A DNA stretch of 47,331 nt, from the NCBI GenBank assembly GCA_018238625.1, contig JABCSY010000019.1, positions 1-47,331 on the forward strand, written 5' to 3'. This DNA comes from Promethearchaeota archaeon (GTDB lineage Archaea; Asgardarchaeota; Lokiarchaeia; Sigyniarchaeales; SOKP01). Of the stretch, positions 20,401-29,509 are shown in pieces (position 1 is the stretch's first letter; each line of letters opens with the position of its first letter). The notes beneath the pieces are model-generated. The model made no database searches and was not told the origin of the DNA. It worked only from the letters and a program-made list of their open reading frames with translations. Position numbers and translations under genes: made by a program.

Positions 20401-20885
20401 TAGGCAAGGTAGTTTCAGATAAGAATTATGAACTGCAAAGTCGTAGTTGGTTTGATGAATGGAGGCTCTCCCAATTTATTAAAAACATCCTAGAAGAGTT
20501 GTCCATAAAAGAAGAAGAGAAAGCGCAAGATGGAATTTCTATTATTAAACTGATGGTAACTCTACAAAACTGGTCTGCTTTAAATACTTATACTCAAAAA
20601 AACTTTTATTCTATCTTTCAATCATTTTTCAGCGAGCCCGAAGTGCAACAATATCTAAATGTCAATAGGTATCACAATCTTTTATGGTTTAGCGCAGAAT
20701 CGTTTGATATATTCGTAAGATGGATATATTTAATTGCTGTAATAGATAGACTAGCACAATCCAAAGAAAGCATAGTTATTGAAATAGAAGCGTTATTAGA
20801 AGACTATCAAAAACTTAAAAAAATTGCGGAAACCTCGAAATATCAAGTTAACAAGTTCCTAGAAAGTCTGCAAAGTCTATCATAG
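17478..20885 (+). CDS. Large GH13 alpha-amylase-family protein
   Basis: DMVPNHTG (region I), IRFDAAM (nucleophile Asp), LLAEAFW (acid/base Glu) and FMNNPDE (third Asp). Long N- and C-terminal extensions. Confidence 0.9.
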   Translation: MKISRAARNRYVFDDFKFSENGSIEFNGDIHLVRLFVQKLNQKKDLVNYPEMAIKIGEFNGMALIYEIKKYLFDLYKEETKASSLNRELFDYLKKSIGATKLNGAIYSLIEEFPPESVYQGKIDIDQFLKEKIDGVENEIQFVEEFLNLWLGNVNPSFSPYVELFDDGSIEKRTVYREIINETKEFFNGKSKFGPNNQNLIEMLNEPTLKYPHSIRDQLEYIHEHWGEKLGKYMFRILVAIDIIREEEKLRGLGPGKSKAYEYDIMELENYTSDKEWMPKVVMIAKNVYVWMDQLSKKYKRSITKLYEIPNEELAQLKEWGFTGLWLIGLWERSQASKTIKRWCGNPEAEASAYSTYDYAIAHDLGGYESYENLRDRAMTMGIRLACDMVPNHTGIVSKWIIEHPDWYVSLHYPPFPSYSYSGENLSGDPNKGIFLEDKYFSRTDAAVTFKHVDFRTGEEKYIYHGNDGTSFPWNDTAQLDFLNPEVREAVIQTILHVSRMFPIIRFDAAMTLTRKHFQRLWFPEPGTGGAIPSRAEQGISKEDFYKAMPKEFWREVVDRINKENPDTLLLAEAFWLLEGFFVRTLGMHRVYNSAFMNMLRDEDNAMYRLVLKNTLEFDPEILKRFVNFMNNPDEETAIKQFGDGGKYFGVCLMLITMPGLPMFGHGQIEGFSEKYGMEYRRAYWDEKINLDLLQRHEDIIFPIMKKRYLFANANNFLLYDFWSGNVVNEDVFAYSNRVNNERALVLYHNKFAETKGFIKNSVGFADKLAENKVVIQKSLIDGLTLPKEGYCIFKDYLTGLEYIRRNRDLHEQGLYLELQAYQMFVFMDFQIVQDNEFFHYAQLYDFLGGKGVYNINETLHEIIYQPLHEKFREIVNIPNFKDLLNTKKTEQVVEVISDKLNSFLIEVKNYSSSKKDVTRVKKEIIEKLKVISRLEQRLKNIKINPELTHIYEKMLPNSEVEWGILLSWLFIHQLGKVVSDKNYELQSRSWFDEWRLSQFIKNILEELSIKEEEKAQDGISIIKLMVTLQNWSALNTYTQKNFYSIFQSFFSEPEVQQYLNVNRYHNLLWFSAESFDIFVRWIYLIAVIDRLAQSKESIVIEIEALLEDYQKLKKIAETSKYQVNKFLESLQSLS

Positions 20886-20907
20886 GAGTCTTTAGTTTAA
20901 GCACAAT

Positions 20908-21360
20908 CTAGAAAGGAGTAAATAAATAAAAACCTTCAGTAAGCCACACACCAAGGAAAATATAGATGCTTACATATATGAATATCATTATTACTCTTTC
21001 ACTTATCACCACAATAATAGCTACTACTAGAGAACCCCAATATTCTTTCTCATAGAAAGAATGCACGATAAAAATTCCAATTATTACGTTTATTATGAAA
21101 ATTAAAAAACTGATTATTAGATAAATTAAATTTATCTCATCCATAGTAAAACTTAATTCAATAAAGAGAGGAGGTGCGATGAAAATAATCAACAAGCTCA
21201 TAACAACCAAGAAGATTATCCATATTAAATTAACCAGAAACGCCCTTCTGAAAGAGCTTTCCCATTTTAGTTTTGTCGCCAACCAGTTAGTATACAGTGC
21301 TCTTAAAATTAACATTAATATTAAAATTACGATATCTACAAGAATACCAATAGGATCCAT
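20908..21360 (-). CDS. Small 4-TM membrane protein (paralog of 21413-21862)
   Basis: Hydrophobic. Shares AxLVNxIW and FY..S patterns with its neighbour. Confidence 0.7.
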   Translation of the reverse strand: MDPIGILVDIVILILMLILRALYTNWLATKLKWESSFRRAFLVNLIWIIFLVVMSLLIIFIAPPLFIELSFTMDEINLIYLIISFLIFIINVIIGIFIVHSFYEKEYWGSLVVAIIVVISERVIMIFIYVSIYIFLGVWLTEGFYLFTPF

Positions 21361-21412
21361 AATCTCATACCTTAATTGATTTTTTATATTTGTTTAATTT
21401 AATTATTTGTAG

Positions 21413-21862
21413 TTAAAAGAATTGAAAAACATAAAACGAAATAACTCCCCCTGTTGTCAAACTGAAAATAATGCTTAATACATTAGCTATTATAATTCGA
21501 AGGAAAACTTGGATGGAAATTATAGCTAAACTTATAAAAATCGAGTCTTTAAGTCCACTTTTGTAAAAAACATTGATTAGCAATGCGATAACTATTAAAT
21601 TTATAATTAACACCACTACCGAATTGATAAGGTTAACATATGCAATTAAATCAAAATCTGCGCCAATAGTAATTAAATAATCCGTTATCAAAACGCTCAA
21701 AAATCTAATACCAAAGAACACAATTAAAAACCAGATTACATTAACCAATACTGCTGTTTTATATGGTTTACGGCACTCAAATTTGTCTGTAAAAAATTTA
21801 GTTAAAAAAATACCTCCAAAAAGGATTATATAACTAAAAATTACATATATAGCAATAAACAT
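21413..21862 (-). CDS. Small 4-TM membrane protein (paralog of 20908-21360)
   Basis: 149 aa, hydrophobic. KTAVLVNVIW matches RRAFLVNLIW of its neighbour. Confidence 0.7.
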   Translation of the reverse strand: MFIAIYVIFSYIILFGGIFLTKFFTDKFECRKPYKTAVLVNVIWFLIVFFGIRFLSVLITDYLITIGADFDLIAYVNLINSVVVLIINLIVIALLINVFYKSGLKDSIFISLAIISIQVFLRIIIANVLSIIFSLTTGGVISFYVFQFF

Positions 21863-22032
21863 TAGATCTAACTTAATTTTATGATTAGTTTGTATGAGTT
21901 CTTTGATTTCTCTTCTTTAAGTAAATTTAAAATTATTTATAAAGATTATCTTAATCAAATAATACAAAAAACCCATTAAATTCCCCATAACCCTTTAATG
22001 TATTATTTTTGAGTGGTTCTTATTATTAAATA

Positions 22033-22119
22033 AAAATAGATCTACTTTTAATTACGTATCAGTACCAAGATCAAGAGTTTTATCTCAGATTTGAATATCA
22101 TCACTGATTTTGCTATTTG
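22033..22119 (-). repeat. Decayed direct copy of the 3' end of the nucleotidyltransferase gene (24593-24679)
   Basis: 80/87 identical by manual alignment. The copy reads NSKISDDIQI*DKTLDLGTDT*, with CGA changed to TGA. Confidence 0.9.
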
Positions 22120-22141
22120 TACTTAGAATAGATTACTTTTT

Positions 22142-23344
22142 TTATAAAGATAAAATAATTCTATTTTGAGCTTTTAACATGTCTTCCATAATTAGTTCCA
22201 TAGCGTCTTGAATATCTGGCGCACTATCTGGAATACTTCTCTTAGCATTGATACTTGCCATTAACACTTCGTTTAGTCCCCGCAGAATCATGTCTGGGGA
22301 ATACCAAGGCCTTTTAGAAGCCCACCATTGCTGACAAGAATGGATCCCTCGATCTAATAAATTTCTCGCATTGTCAAAAATTGATTTTTTTTCGTCATCC
22401 ATGCTATCTCGATATTTACTCGATAAATGGATCAAAGTCAGAGCGTACATAAAAAACCGGTGCTGTTCAATGTGAATTTCATTATTAGGGTCAAACCAAA
22501 GAGGAAAAGGAACATCATGAGCTAAATCGTAAGGCATAGTTGACCAAGAAGATGCCCGTGGATTCTGTATTTTGTTTTTAGGGAACTTATCTATGATTTC
22601 TGAAACATTACATAACTTAACATCATTACGATGAGGGAGAGCATCAAAAAGAGGTATCAAAAAATTATTTATGGCGTGTTTTACATGGTGCCCAAATGTT
22701 TCTCCATCCATTGCAAGAATAATATAATAGTCCTCTGAGGTTTGTTTGTAATATAATCTATTTATAAACGCATCAACAGTATTAATTTTATCAAATGCAC
22801 AATCAATAGAGATATAATCATCTCTAAATAGTAAATTTAAACCGTTAGGATGTTGTGATATAAATGTTGTAGGAAATTCGGGTAAAGTATTTGCTATACC
22901 GCTCATAATAATCCAATCGTAACCCATTTCTTTTACAACCGAAAATACTTCTTCAGAAACAGCCATTTCAGGAGGAAAAAACCCTCTCGGTTTAAATAAT
23001 TCTCCAAAAAAATTTTGATTAGTTTCGTAATTTAATTCAATCTGTCGTCTAATTTCTGGCGTTGGAATAAGAGGTAATAGAGGATGGAATTTTCCAGAAC
23101 CAATAAATTCTACTTGACCTTTAGATGCAAGCGTTGTTAACCCTTCTATAATATCCATATATCCAAAATCATATAATTGTTCAGTCAAGGTACCATTAAT
23201 ATTCAAAGTTATTTTCGCAGAGGGATGATTACTTAAAGCTTCAATTATTGGTCTATAAGATTCATTTGCAATTTTTTTGATTACAAAGGGTAATTGCACT
23301 GGTGGTTGATAGATATGAAATAAAAACGCAAAATAAACAACCAT
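22142..23344 (-). CDS. GH57 glycoside hydrolase (alpha-amylase/amylopullulanase-like)
   Basis: FHIYQP, HPLLPL, FPPEMA (nucleophile Glu), MDGETFGHH (acid/base Asp), SSWS and HSCQQWW. Confidence 0.9.
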   Translation of the reverse strand: MVVYFAFLFHIYQPPVQLPFVIKKIANESYRPIIEALSNHPSAKITLNINGTLTEQLYDFGYMDIIEGLTTLASKGQVEFIGSGKFHPLLPLIPTPEIRRQIELNYETNQNFFGELFKPRGFFPPEMAVSEEVFSVVKEMGYDWIIMSGIANTLPEFPTTFISQHPNGLNLLFRDDYISIDCAFDKINTVDAFINRLYYKQTSEDYYIILAMDGETFGHHVKHAINNFLIPLFDALPHRNDVKLCNVSEIIDKFPKNKIQNPRASSWSTMPYDLAHDVPFPLWFDPNNEIHIEQHRFFMYALTLIHLSSKYRDSMDDEKKSIFDNARNLLDRGIHSCQQWWASKRPWYSPDMILRGLNEVLMASINAKRSIPDSAPDIQDAMELIMEDMLKAQNRIILSL

Positions 23345-23549
23345 AATACTAATTATTAATCTCCCTTTTGTATTATTTTTTAGTTAAAATTAGTGAAAAA
23401 TTATTTTAATAATTAAATAATAATTGATAATTTTCATTTTTTTTTCAATATTTTTATGTCCAGGTGCGGTTTTCAGCTTAAATTTAAAGAATTAGATATT
23501 GATAATCAATTTACTATAAAAAAAAAATGAAAAGATTTAAAATTAAAAT

Positions 23550-24311
23550 TCACTCAATTTCTTTTGATTCTTTCTGCTTAGTTAGTATGTGAACTAAGAG
23601 ATTTGGCATAAAAAAACCAAAATAATATTCTATGGCACTCGATATTAATAAAATTCGAATTAAAGCCAATGTTAAAGGTGTTAAAGGCATTATAGATTCG
23701 TAGAGTGCTGAGATAGTAAAAGATATAAATGCAACCAATAATAATTTACCTTTCAATTGAATTTTTGGATCATTTGATTCGAGTGATTTTCTTGCAAAGA
23801 GTATTCCAGTTATTAAAAATGAAAAGATAGCAAAGATTTGAAAAGTCATTGACAAAGGACCTCCAGATGCCGTGTAAAATTGCACAGAACCGATAACCGC
23901 TGTGTTTATGAATAAGAATGTAATAAGAAAGACTTCATATACGATACAAATTACTAAATATGCAATTAAAATTCTTTTCTTAGATTCATACTCAAAAAGG
24001 CTGAAAAAGGAATATATCCAACATATGACAGCAATAGGAATAAATGCATTTAAAAGAAATAAATACAAAACTGCATCAAGTGCAAAGTCGAAGAATATTA
24101 TAGTTAAAAATGATATAGATCTAGACCACCATGAGGAACAAATAAAGATCCAAGTAAGCCCTACCGTTAAAAGAGTTCTATTCTTTAATGATCGGTATTT
24201 TAATATTAATGTAACCCCAATAATTAAAGATATTATTACAAATGTTAAACTAAAACTCCCAGAGATAATTTCTAACTCGTTTAAATCTGCAATTCCCATA
24301 ATTTCTCTCAC
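23550..24311 (-). CDS. Approximately 7-TM membrane protein, unknown function
   Basis: 253 aa with about seven hydrophobic helices. No retinal-binding Lys motif recognised in the last helix. Confidence 0.75.
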   Translation of the reverse strand: MREIMGIADLNELEIISGSFSLTFVIISLIIGVTLILKYRSLKNRTLLTVGLTWIFICSSWWSRSISFLTIIFFDFALDAVLYLFLLNAFIPIAVICWIYSFFSLFEYESKKRILIAYLVICIVYEVFLITFLFINTAVIGSVQFYTASGGPLSMTFQIFAIFSFLITGILFARKSLESNDPKIQLKGKLLLVAFISFTISALYESIMPLTPLTLALIRILLISSAIEYYFGFFMPNLLVHILTKQKESKEIE

Positions 24312-24611
24312 TTAATTAAATTAATAATTCTTATATTTTTTCAAATAACCCTTGTTATTCGGAACAAATTCTTTTTCTAAATAAATAGTAAAAAAAGAAT
24401 TACCTAATAAATAAAATTTAATCTTTTTAAATCTAGCTAGTTAATAATCCCGAATTTATTATTGCCTTGAATTATTTAGACTTTAGGAATTTATTATTCG
24501 AAATATCTGATTAATATATTTTGATCACTGCGTCTACATGAAAGTGCTTTCAAAAAGGAGTTATAATATTTTTATGATTAATATCATCATAGAAAATAGA
24601 CATACTTTTAA

Positions 24612-25760
24612 TTATATATTAGTACCAAGATCAAGAGTTTTATCTCGGATTTGAATATCATCACTAATTTTGCTATTTGGGGCAACTATCGCGTTATGTA
24701 GAACAACATTATCGCCTATTTCACAATTATTACAAACGATCGAACTATCAATATGACAACCTGCTCCGATTTTTACGTTATCCCAGATAACGCTTTTCTC
24801 GATTACCGTATCTTCACCGATTTTAACTTGGGCTCCAATTGAACATAACGGTTTTATTTTTACTCGATTAAGTAATTCTACAAGTTCCCCAAAACAAGAC
24901 GGTTTTTCGATAGATACATTTTGTCCAGAACTAATAACACCCATTACGTAAATTCCATCGTATTCCTCACCATTTGGGGTGATCGGCCACGAATATTTGC
25001 GTAATAGGTCCCAATTTGCCCACAGATAAGTTTCAGCGTTTCCACAGTCAAGCCAATAATAATTCTTAACAAATCCATATAAATCGTAACTATTATCGAG
25101 AAGATAAGGGAAAACTTCTCCCCCAAAATCCATTAAGCCCGTTTCTTGTAAGATACTACCAATCTCTTTATTAAAGCAATAAATCCCTGTGTTTATTATG
25201 TTTGTATGCAAAAATAAATCGGTTCTTTGAGCCATACTGCTTAAATACAGTTCCATAGGAGCAGGTTTTTCTAAAAATAAATAAATTTTTCTATTTTGAT
25301 CGAGGAGCACAACTCCATATTGGCTCGTATGACTTTCGCTGGTTTTCATGGAAATAGTAGCAGTTCCCATTTTTTTGGAATGAAAATCCATAAATTCTCT
25401 CATTGGGAGATTTGTTACGATATCTGCCATGCTAACAACAATCTTTTCGGAATCGATGTTATTAGCTAATAATCGGTAAGCGTCGGCCGTACCCTTACTC
25501 TCTTGAATTACGCATTCAAGTTCAACATCTCCTAACTTGTCGGGAGTCCACGTTTTTTCCACGTATTCTTTTAATTCTTGACCCATATAGGCTAGAGCAA
25601 GAATTATGTGCTTAATATCCGCAAATATTAAGTGAGCAATAGAATAATCCACCATAGCTTTATTAGTTACTTTTACAAGCGGTTTTGGAACGAGTGATGT
25701 TAAAGGCATTAACCTCGACCCCTTTCCTCCCGCTAATATTATGGCAGACCATTCTCGCAT
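24612..25760 (-). CDS. Sugar-1-phosphate nucleotidyltransferase with C-terminal left-handed beta-helix (Man-1-P guanylyltransferase/GlgC-like)
   Basis: ILAGGKGSRLMPLT..PKPL, GTADA, YGVV, FLEKP, INTGIY, DFGGEVFP, YWLDCG and hexapeptide repeats. Confidence 0.92.
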   Translation of the reverse strand: MREWSAIILAGGKGSRLMPLTSLVPKPLVKVTNKAMVDYSIAHLIFADIKHIILALAYMGQELKEYVEKTWTPDKLGDVELECVIQESKGTADAYRLLANNIDSEKIVVSMADIVTNLPMREFMDFHSKKMGTATISMKTSESHTSQYGVVLLDQNRKIYLFLEKPAPMELYLSSMAQRTDLFLHTNIINTGIYCFNKEIGSILQETGLMDFGGEVFPYLLDNSYDLYGFVKNYYWLDCGNAETYLWANWDLLRKYSWPITPNGEEYDGIYVMGVISSGQNVSIEKPSCFGELVELLNRVKIKPLCSIGAQVKIGEDTVIEKSVIWDNVKIGAGCHIDSSIVCNNCEIGDNVVLHNAIVAPNSKISDDIQIRDKTLDLGTNI

Positions 25761-25890
25761 GTTGAATCTCTCGCTAAATTACACAATAACTAGATATAAA
25801 TCTAGTTTTAATTGAAATTTAAATATTGAGATTATTTACAAAAAATGAGCTACTAAAGCAAAAGACGGGAAGATAAAATTTAGATTATAC

Positions 25891-27171
25891 CTAATGGTTA
25901 AGATATTTTTCTAACGATTTCCTAATTTCTGCTGCCGCTATATGTGGTAATTTTCTTGCAACTCTCATATCATCTGCCATTTCTGCCCCACCAATAATTT
26001 CATGTGGAATTATGTCAACAAACATATGAAAATCCGCATCATAACCATATGGACAACAGTTAAATAAAATATTTCGGTTCTTATCAATTGAATTATCATC
26101 CAAAGCTTGGAAGACCATCTTAATCGCGTTTGCAAAATCGTTGATTTGATTTATTTTCAATTGAGTAAACCGTCTAATATGTTCGTGTGGATACGCACGA
26201 ATGTGATAATTCCTTACAGGACTTCCCGTTGCATAAAAAGTCCAAAACTCAGTCTTTAAAATTATCCGATCACTATCCCCATGAGTGGTTTGACATAAAT
26301 GACAATTGTCCCCCATCTCTTTAAATGCTTCGAGGTACCCTTCTAAGCGACTTCCATGACCGTCCATGTTTAAATCGATATATACTTGACTGTGAATGCG
26401 AGGTTGAGAACCACCAACCTTAGTTCCTATGTTAAAAAACGGGGAAACGGGAATATCGTAGTAGTCTTTTTCAATAGCTTCTTGGATACAATAAAGAATT
26501 GCTGCTTTCATAGATAAAAAAATTCCCGCTAAAACATCTTCTGGAATTAAATTAAAACACAACGCAGGATAAAAATGCCTTGAGAGCGTAACTAAATTTA
26601 TGCCCCGTGAGAGCTTTAAATGAGACGGCATATTAGCCTTAATCTCTTTATCAATATCAGAATCCACTATTCGAGCCATAGAAGGGTATCTATTTATTAA
26701 TGTTAGTGCTTTGCAGGAATCAGGAATTCTTTCTATTTGATGCGGTGTTTCTAAAAAGGGATTGTCTCTGTTTTTTTCGTCTTCAGTAATAATTATTGTA
26801 AAGCCATCACCAATTTGTTTCCCCCAATCATCGTTTATTGGTTTTCCCTCTGTTACCGATGTAAAAACGTCCTTAAAATTTGATTTTATTTTTCTTGAAC
26901 AATCATAAAATAGGTTTTTCTCTTCTTCAGTTTTAAAACCTTTAGGTCTTTTTCCACGAATAGGGCTTAAATAAGCGTAATGACCGTAGTATCTTTTGCG
27001 CTCTTTTCTAAGACCAAAATCTTTATTCTGAATAATAACTGTCGACAAAGGATCCCATCTCTTAATAGGCACATCGTAAGTGGTTTTACCTATAAAATTG
27101 TCCTTATTTATTATGCCCCACTCCATAAAAGCTGGGAAATCTTTTTTGTTTGAAATTATATCAACACCCAT
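25891..27171 (-). CDS. GalT/HIT-superfamily nucleotidyltransferase or phosphorylase
   Basis: NRYP, FFNIG..VGGSQPRIHSQ (compare GASxxHPHxQ), CHLC, and C-terminal FHMFVDIIP..IGGAEM. Confidence 0.75.
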   Translation of the reverse strand: MGVDIISNKKDFPAFMEWGIINKDNFIGKTTYDVPIKRWDPLSTVIIQNKDFGLRKERKRYYGHYAYLSPIRGKRPKGFKTEEEKNLFYDCSRKIKSNFKDVFTSVTEGKPINDDWGKQIGDGFTIIITEDEKNRDNPFLETPHQIERIPDSCKALTLINRYPSMARIVDSDIDKEIKANMPSHLKLSRGINLVTLSRHFYPALCFNLIPEDVLAGIFLSMKAAILYCIQEAIEKDYYDIPVSPFFNIGTKVGGSQPRIHSQVYIDLNMDGHGSRLEGYLEAFKEMGDNCHLCQTTHGDSDRIILKTEFWTFYATGSPVRNYHIRAYPHEHIRRFTQLKINQINDFANAIKMVFQALDDNSIDKNRNILFNCCPYGYDADFHMFVDIIPHEIIGGAEMADDMRVARKLPHIAAAEIRKSLEKYLNH

Positions 27172-27506
27172 AGTTTCTTGATCATATTTTGACTAGATTA
27201 CACTATTATTAAATATTTAACTATGTATTGTAAAATTTGAACTTCATAGTAATTTATCACTTTATTTGCGTATTAATTCATCAAAATTAATTAATCAAAA
27301 ACATATTTATATAAATTACAATTTATTTAACAATTGTTAAAATTTGTTCAATCTAGCAATATTCAATTATTATACAAAAATGTAATGAATCTAACCTATT
27401 TTTATACATTTTAAACCCAATAAATTAAAAAATGAAAAAAAAAAAAAGAACTCTATTCTGCTAATGGTTAAATTAATTATATTACGATACTCATTATTAA
27501 TTGTTG

Positions 27507-27797
27507 TTAGTGTTCTAACCTTTTTATAATTTTATAGGTTTTAAATTCACGTACCGGTTCAGCCTTTTCATTTATACTTTCTATTGGTACGCGAACAAAA
27601 TTTTCATCGTCGAAATCATCAATTTCAGCTTCATTGTATTTAGCCATATTGTTAGCCATTTTTAGTTCTTTTAATAAAAAATCTCGGACGGCACACCTAA
27701 TCAATTCTGAGCGGCTGGGGTACAATCCATTTTCTCCAATTAATTTATTTATAGCACCTATATAACTTTCAGGTACATTAACGGTAACAATCTTCAT
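27507..27797 (-). CDS. CopG/ribbon-helix-helix transcriptional regulator
   Basis: MKIVTVNVPESY...GLYPSRSELIRCAVRDFL. Confidence 0.88.
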   Translation of the reverse strand: MKIVTVNVPESYIGAINKLIGENGLYPSRSELIRCAVRDFLLKELKMANNMAKYNEAEIDDFDDENFVRVPIESINEKAEPVREFKTYKIIKRLEH

Positions 27798-28348
27798 CCA
27801 ATCGCCTTAACCTTTATTTTTTTAGATCTTTCTTTATATAATTATTTATTGCTAACTGATATTTAAACATTGTTTTTTAGTGGGTTAATATATTTTCATA
27901 AATCTAAATTTTACTCGATTATCGATTAAAGAGAAATATGTAATCAATCCCAAATTTTAAGCGTAATTGTAAAAGAAAATTGATTTTCCTCAATTTTAAT
28001 ACTTTTTATGAAAATATTTTTGAAAATTCTTTAAAGTATCTGAAAAATTTTTATAAAAATTATAAGTAAATAAAACTAAAAAGTAGTCAACTTTTAAATT
28101 TGAAAAAAAAATCACATATCTTTTTTTTCACAAGAATATTTAGAAATCATTAAACGACGCTAATGTATGCGCAAAATCTTAAATAACTAATTGAAATGCA
28201 TGTGTTTAATATAAAATCTCTGAAATTTAAAAAATTGTTTTCTAAAACATTAAATCTCAACCAAAAATTTGTTTTTAATTAAAATATTACAGTGTTTTAC
28301 TATTTTTGAAAATTATTGAAGCTAATTATTTTAAGTACAATACAAAAC

Positions 28349-29374
28349 TTAATACTCTTCTTCGAACTTAACAACATTAATTAACCTTTCGTGCCCCTTT
28401 GCCATACGAGTAATATTTTCTATTATTTCATTCCATCTGAACAAGTCGCTGAAAGGAGAGTATCCTCTATGCGGAGATAAGATAATGTTATCAAGCGTAT
28501 GAAAAGGAAATTTATAAGGGCGCTTAACACCGTCTTTATCTGGATTTGGATGATAATCATACCAGACATCTATAGCTGCACCCGAAATTATTCTATTTTT
28601 CAAAGCATTGTAAAGATCTTTTTGGTTAATAATGTCTCCTCTTGCGACATTGACAATCAGGCCATTTGGGCCTAATAAACTTATCTCTTTTACTTTTATT
28701 AATTCAAATGTTAAAGAAGTTACTGGAACAGCTATAATTAAAATATCTATTTCTTTCAAAAATTCATAAAGTTGGTTATATTTATATTTTTTTGCTAAAG
28801 TTGGTAAATCTCCCTTTTGTTTATTCCAATCATTTCTTAAGATGTGGAATTTTACATCAAAACCTGAGAGAAATCGATGTACCTTCCGATTAATCGCACC
28901 ATAACCCAAAAGTCCTACTTCCCTAAAACGCAAGGGAATTGACGCCGCATCATCATCACCAGTTCGCCATCTTCCTTTTTTCATCCAATAATGATGAGGG
29001 GCTGTTTTATTCATCAGAGTTAAAAGTAAAGCAATAGCATGTTGAGCGACAAAATAGGAATTTCCATGACCATTAATTAGCGTTATCTTTCTTGTTTTAT
29101 TTAAACCAATGAATAAATCTAAAAGATGGTTTACACCAGCACCGGGATTAATGAATACTTTTAGATTAGTTGCGTGATTTAAAATGTTTTTCGAAGGTCT
29201 CCATCCAATTAAAACATCCGCGTCTGGAACTATTTTTTCTAAATATTCTTCGGAAGTATTATCAGGAAATACAATTTTTACATTTGAAAGGTCTTTTAAA
29301 TTCTCTGTTAAGTAATTTTGAACTTCTTTAGATACGCTCGAAATAAAACAGACAGTGATCTTATTTGCATTCAA
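28349..29374 (-). CDS. D-isomer-specific 2-hydroxyacid dehydrogenase
   Basis: GAGVNH, GLLGYGAI, VNVARG, AAIDVW and ILSPH. Confidence 0.9.
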   Translation of the reverse strand: MNANKITVCFISSVSKEVQNYLTENLKDLSNVKIVFPDNTSEEYLEKIVPDADVLIGWRPSKNILNHATNLKVFINPGAGVNHLLDLFIGLNKTRKITLINGHGNSYFVAQHAIALLLTLMNKTAPHHYWMKKGRWRTGDDDAASIPLRFREVGLLGYGAINRKVHRFLSGFDVKFHILRNDWNKQKGDLPTLAKKYKYNQLYEFLKEIDILIIAVPVTSLTFELIKVKEISLLGPNGLIVNVARGDIINQKDLYNALKNRIISGAAIDVWYDYHPNPDKDGVKRPYKFPFHTLDNIILSPHRGYSPFSDLFRWNEIIENITRMAKGHERLINVVKFEEEY

Positions 29375-29509
29375 TTTATCTTTACATTAATCTTAAATTA
29401 ATGATGTGTAATAACTACTAGTGAAATAGCAGTGTTATAAATAAATTTTTATATTCATTTCGTTGATATATTTATAAAAGAATTTAATCAAAATAGGTAT
29501 GTTTAGAAA

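Noticed and set aside
23550-24311. Rhodopsin or GPCR call for the 7-TM protein
   Set aside because: No retinal-binding Lys motif in the last helix and no GPCR signature. TM count alone is insufficient.
22033-24679. Active mobile element between the 87-bp repeats
   Set aside because: No integrase or transposase is present and the repeats have diverged, so it is reported only as a scar.
27798-28348. Replication origin
   Set aside because: AT-rich, but no ORB-like G-string repeats and no adjacent cdc6/orc1 gene.
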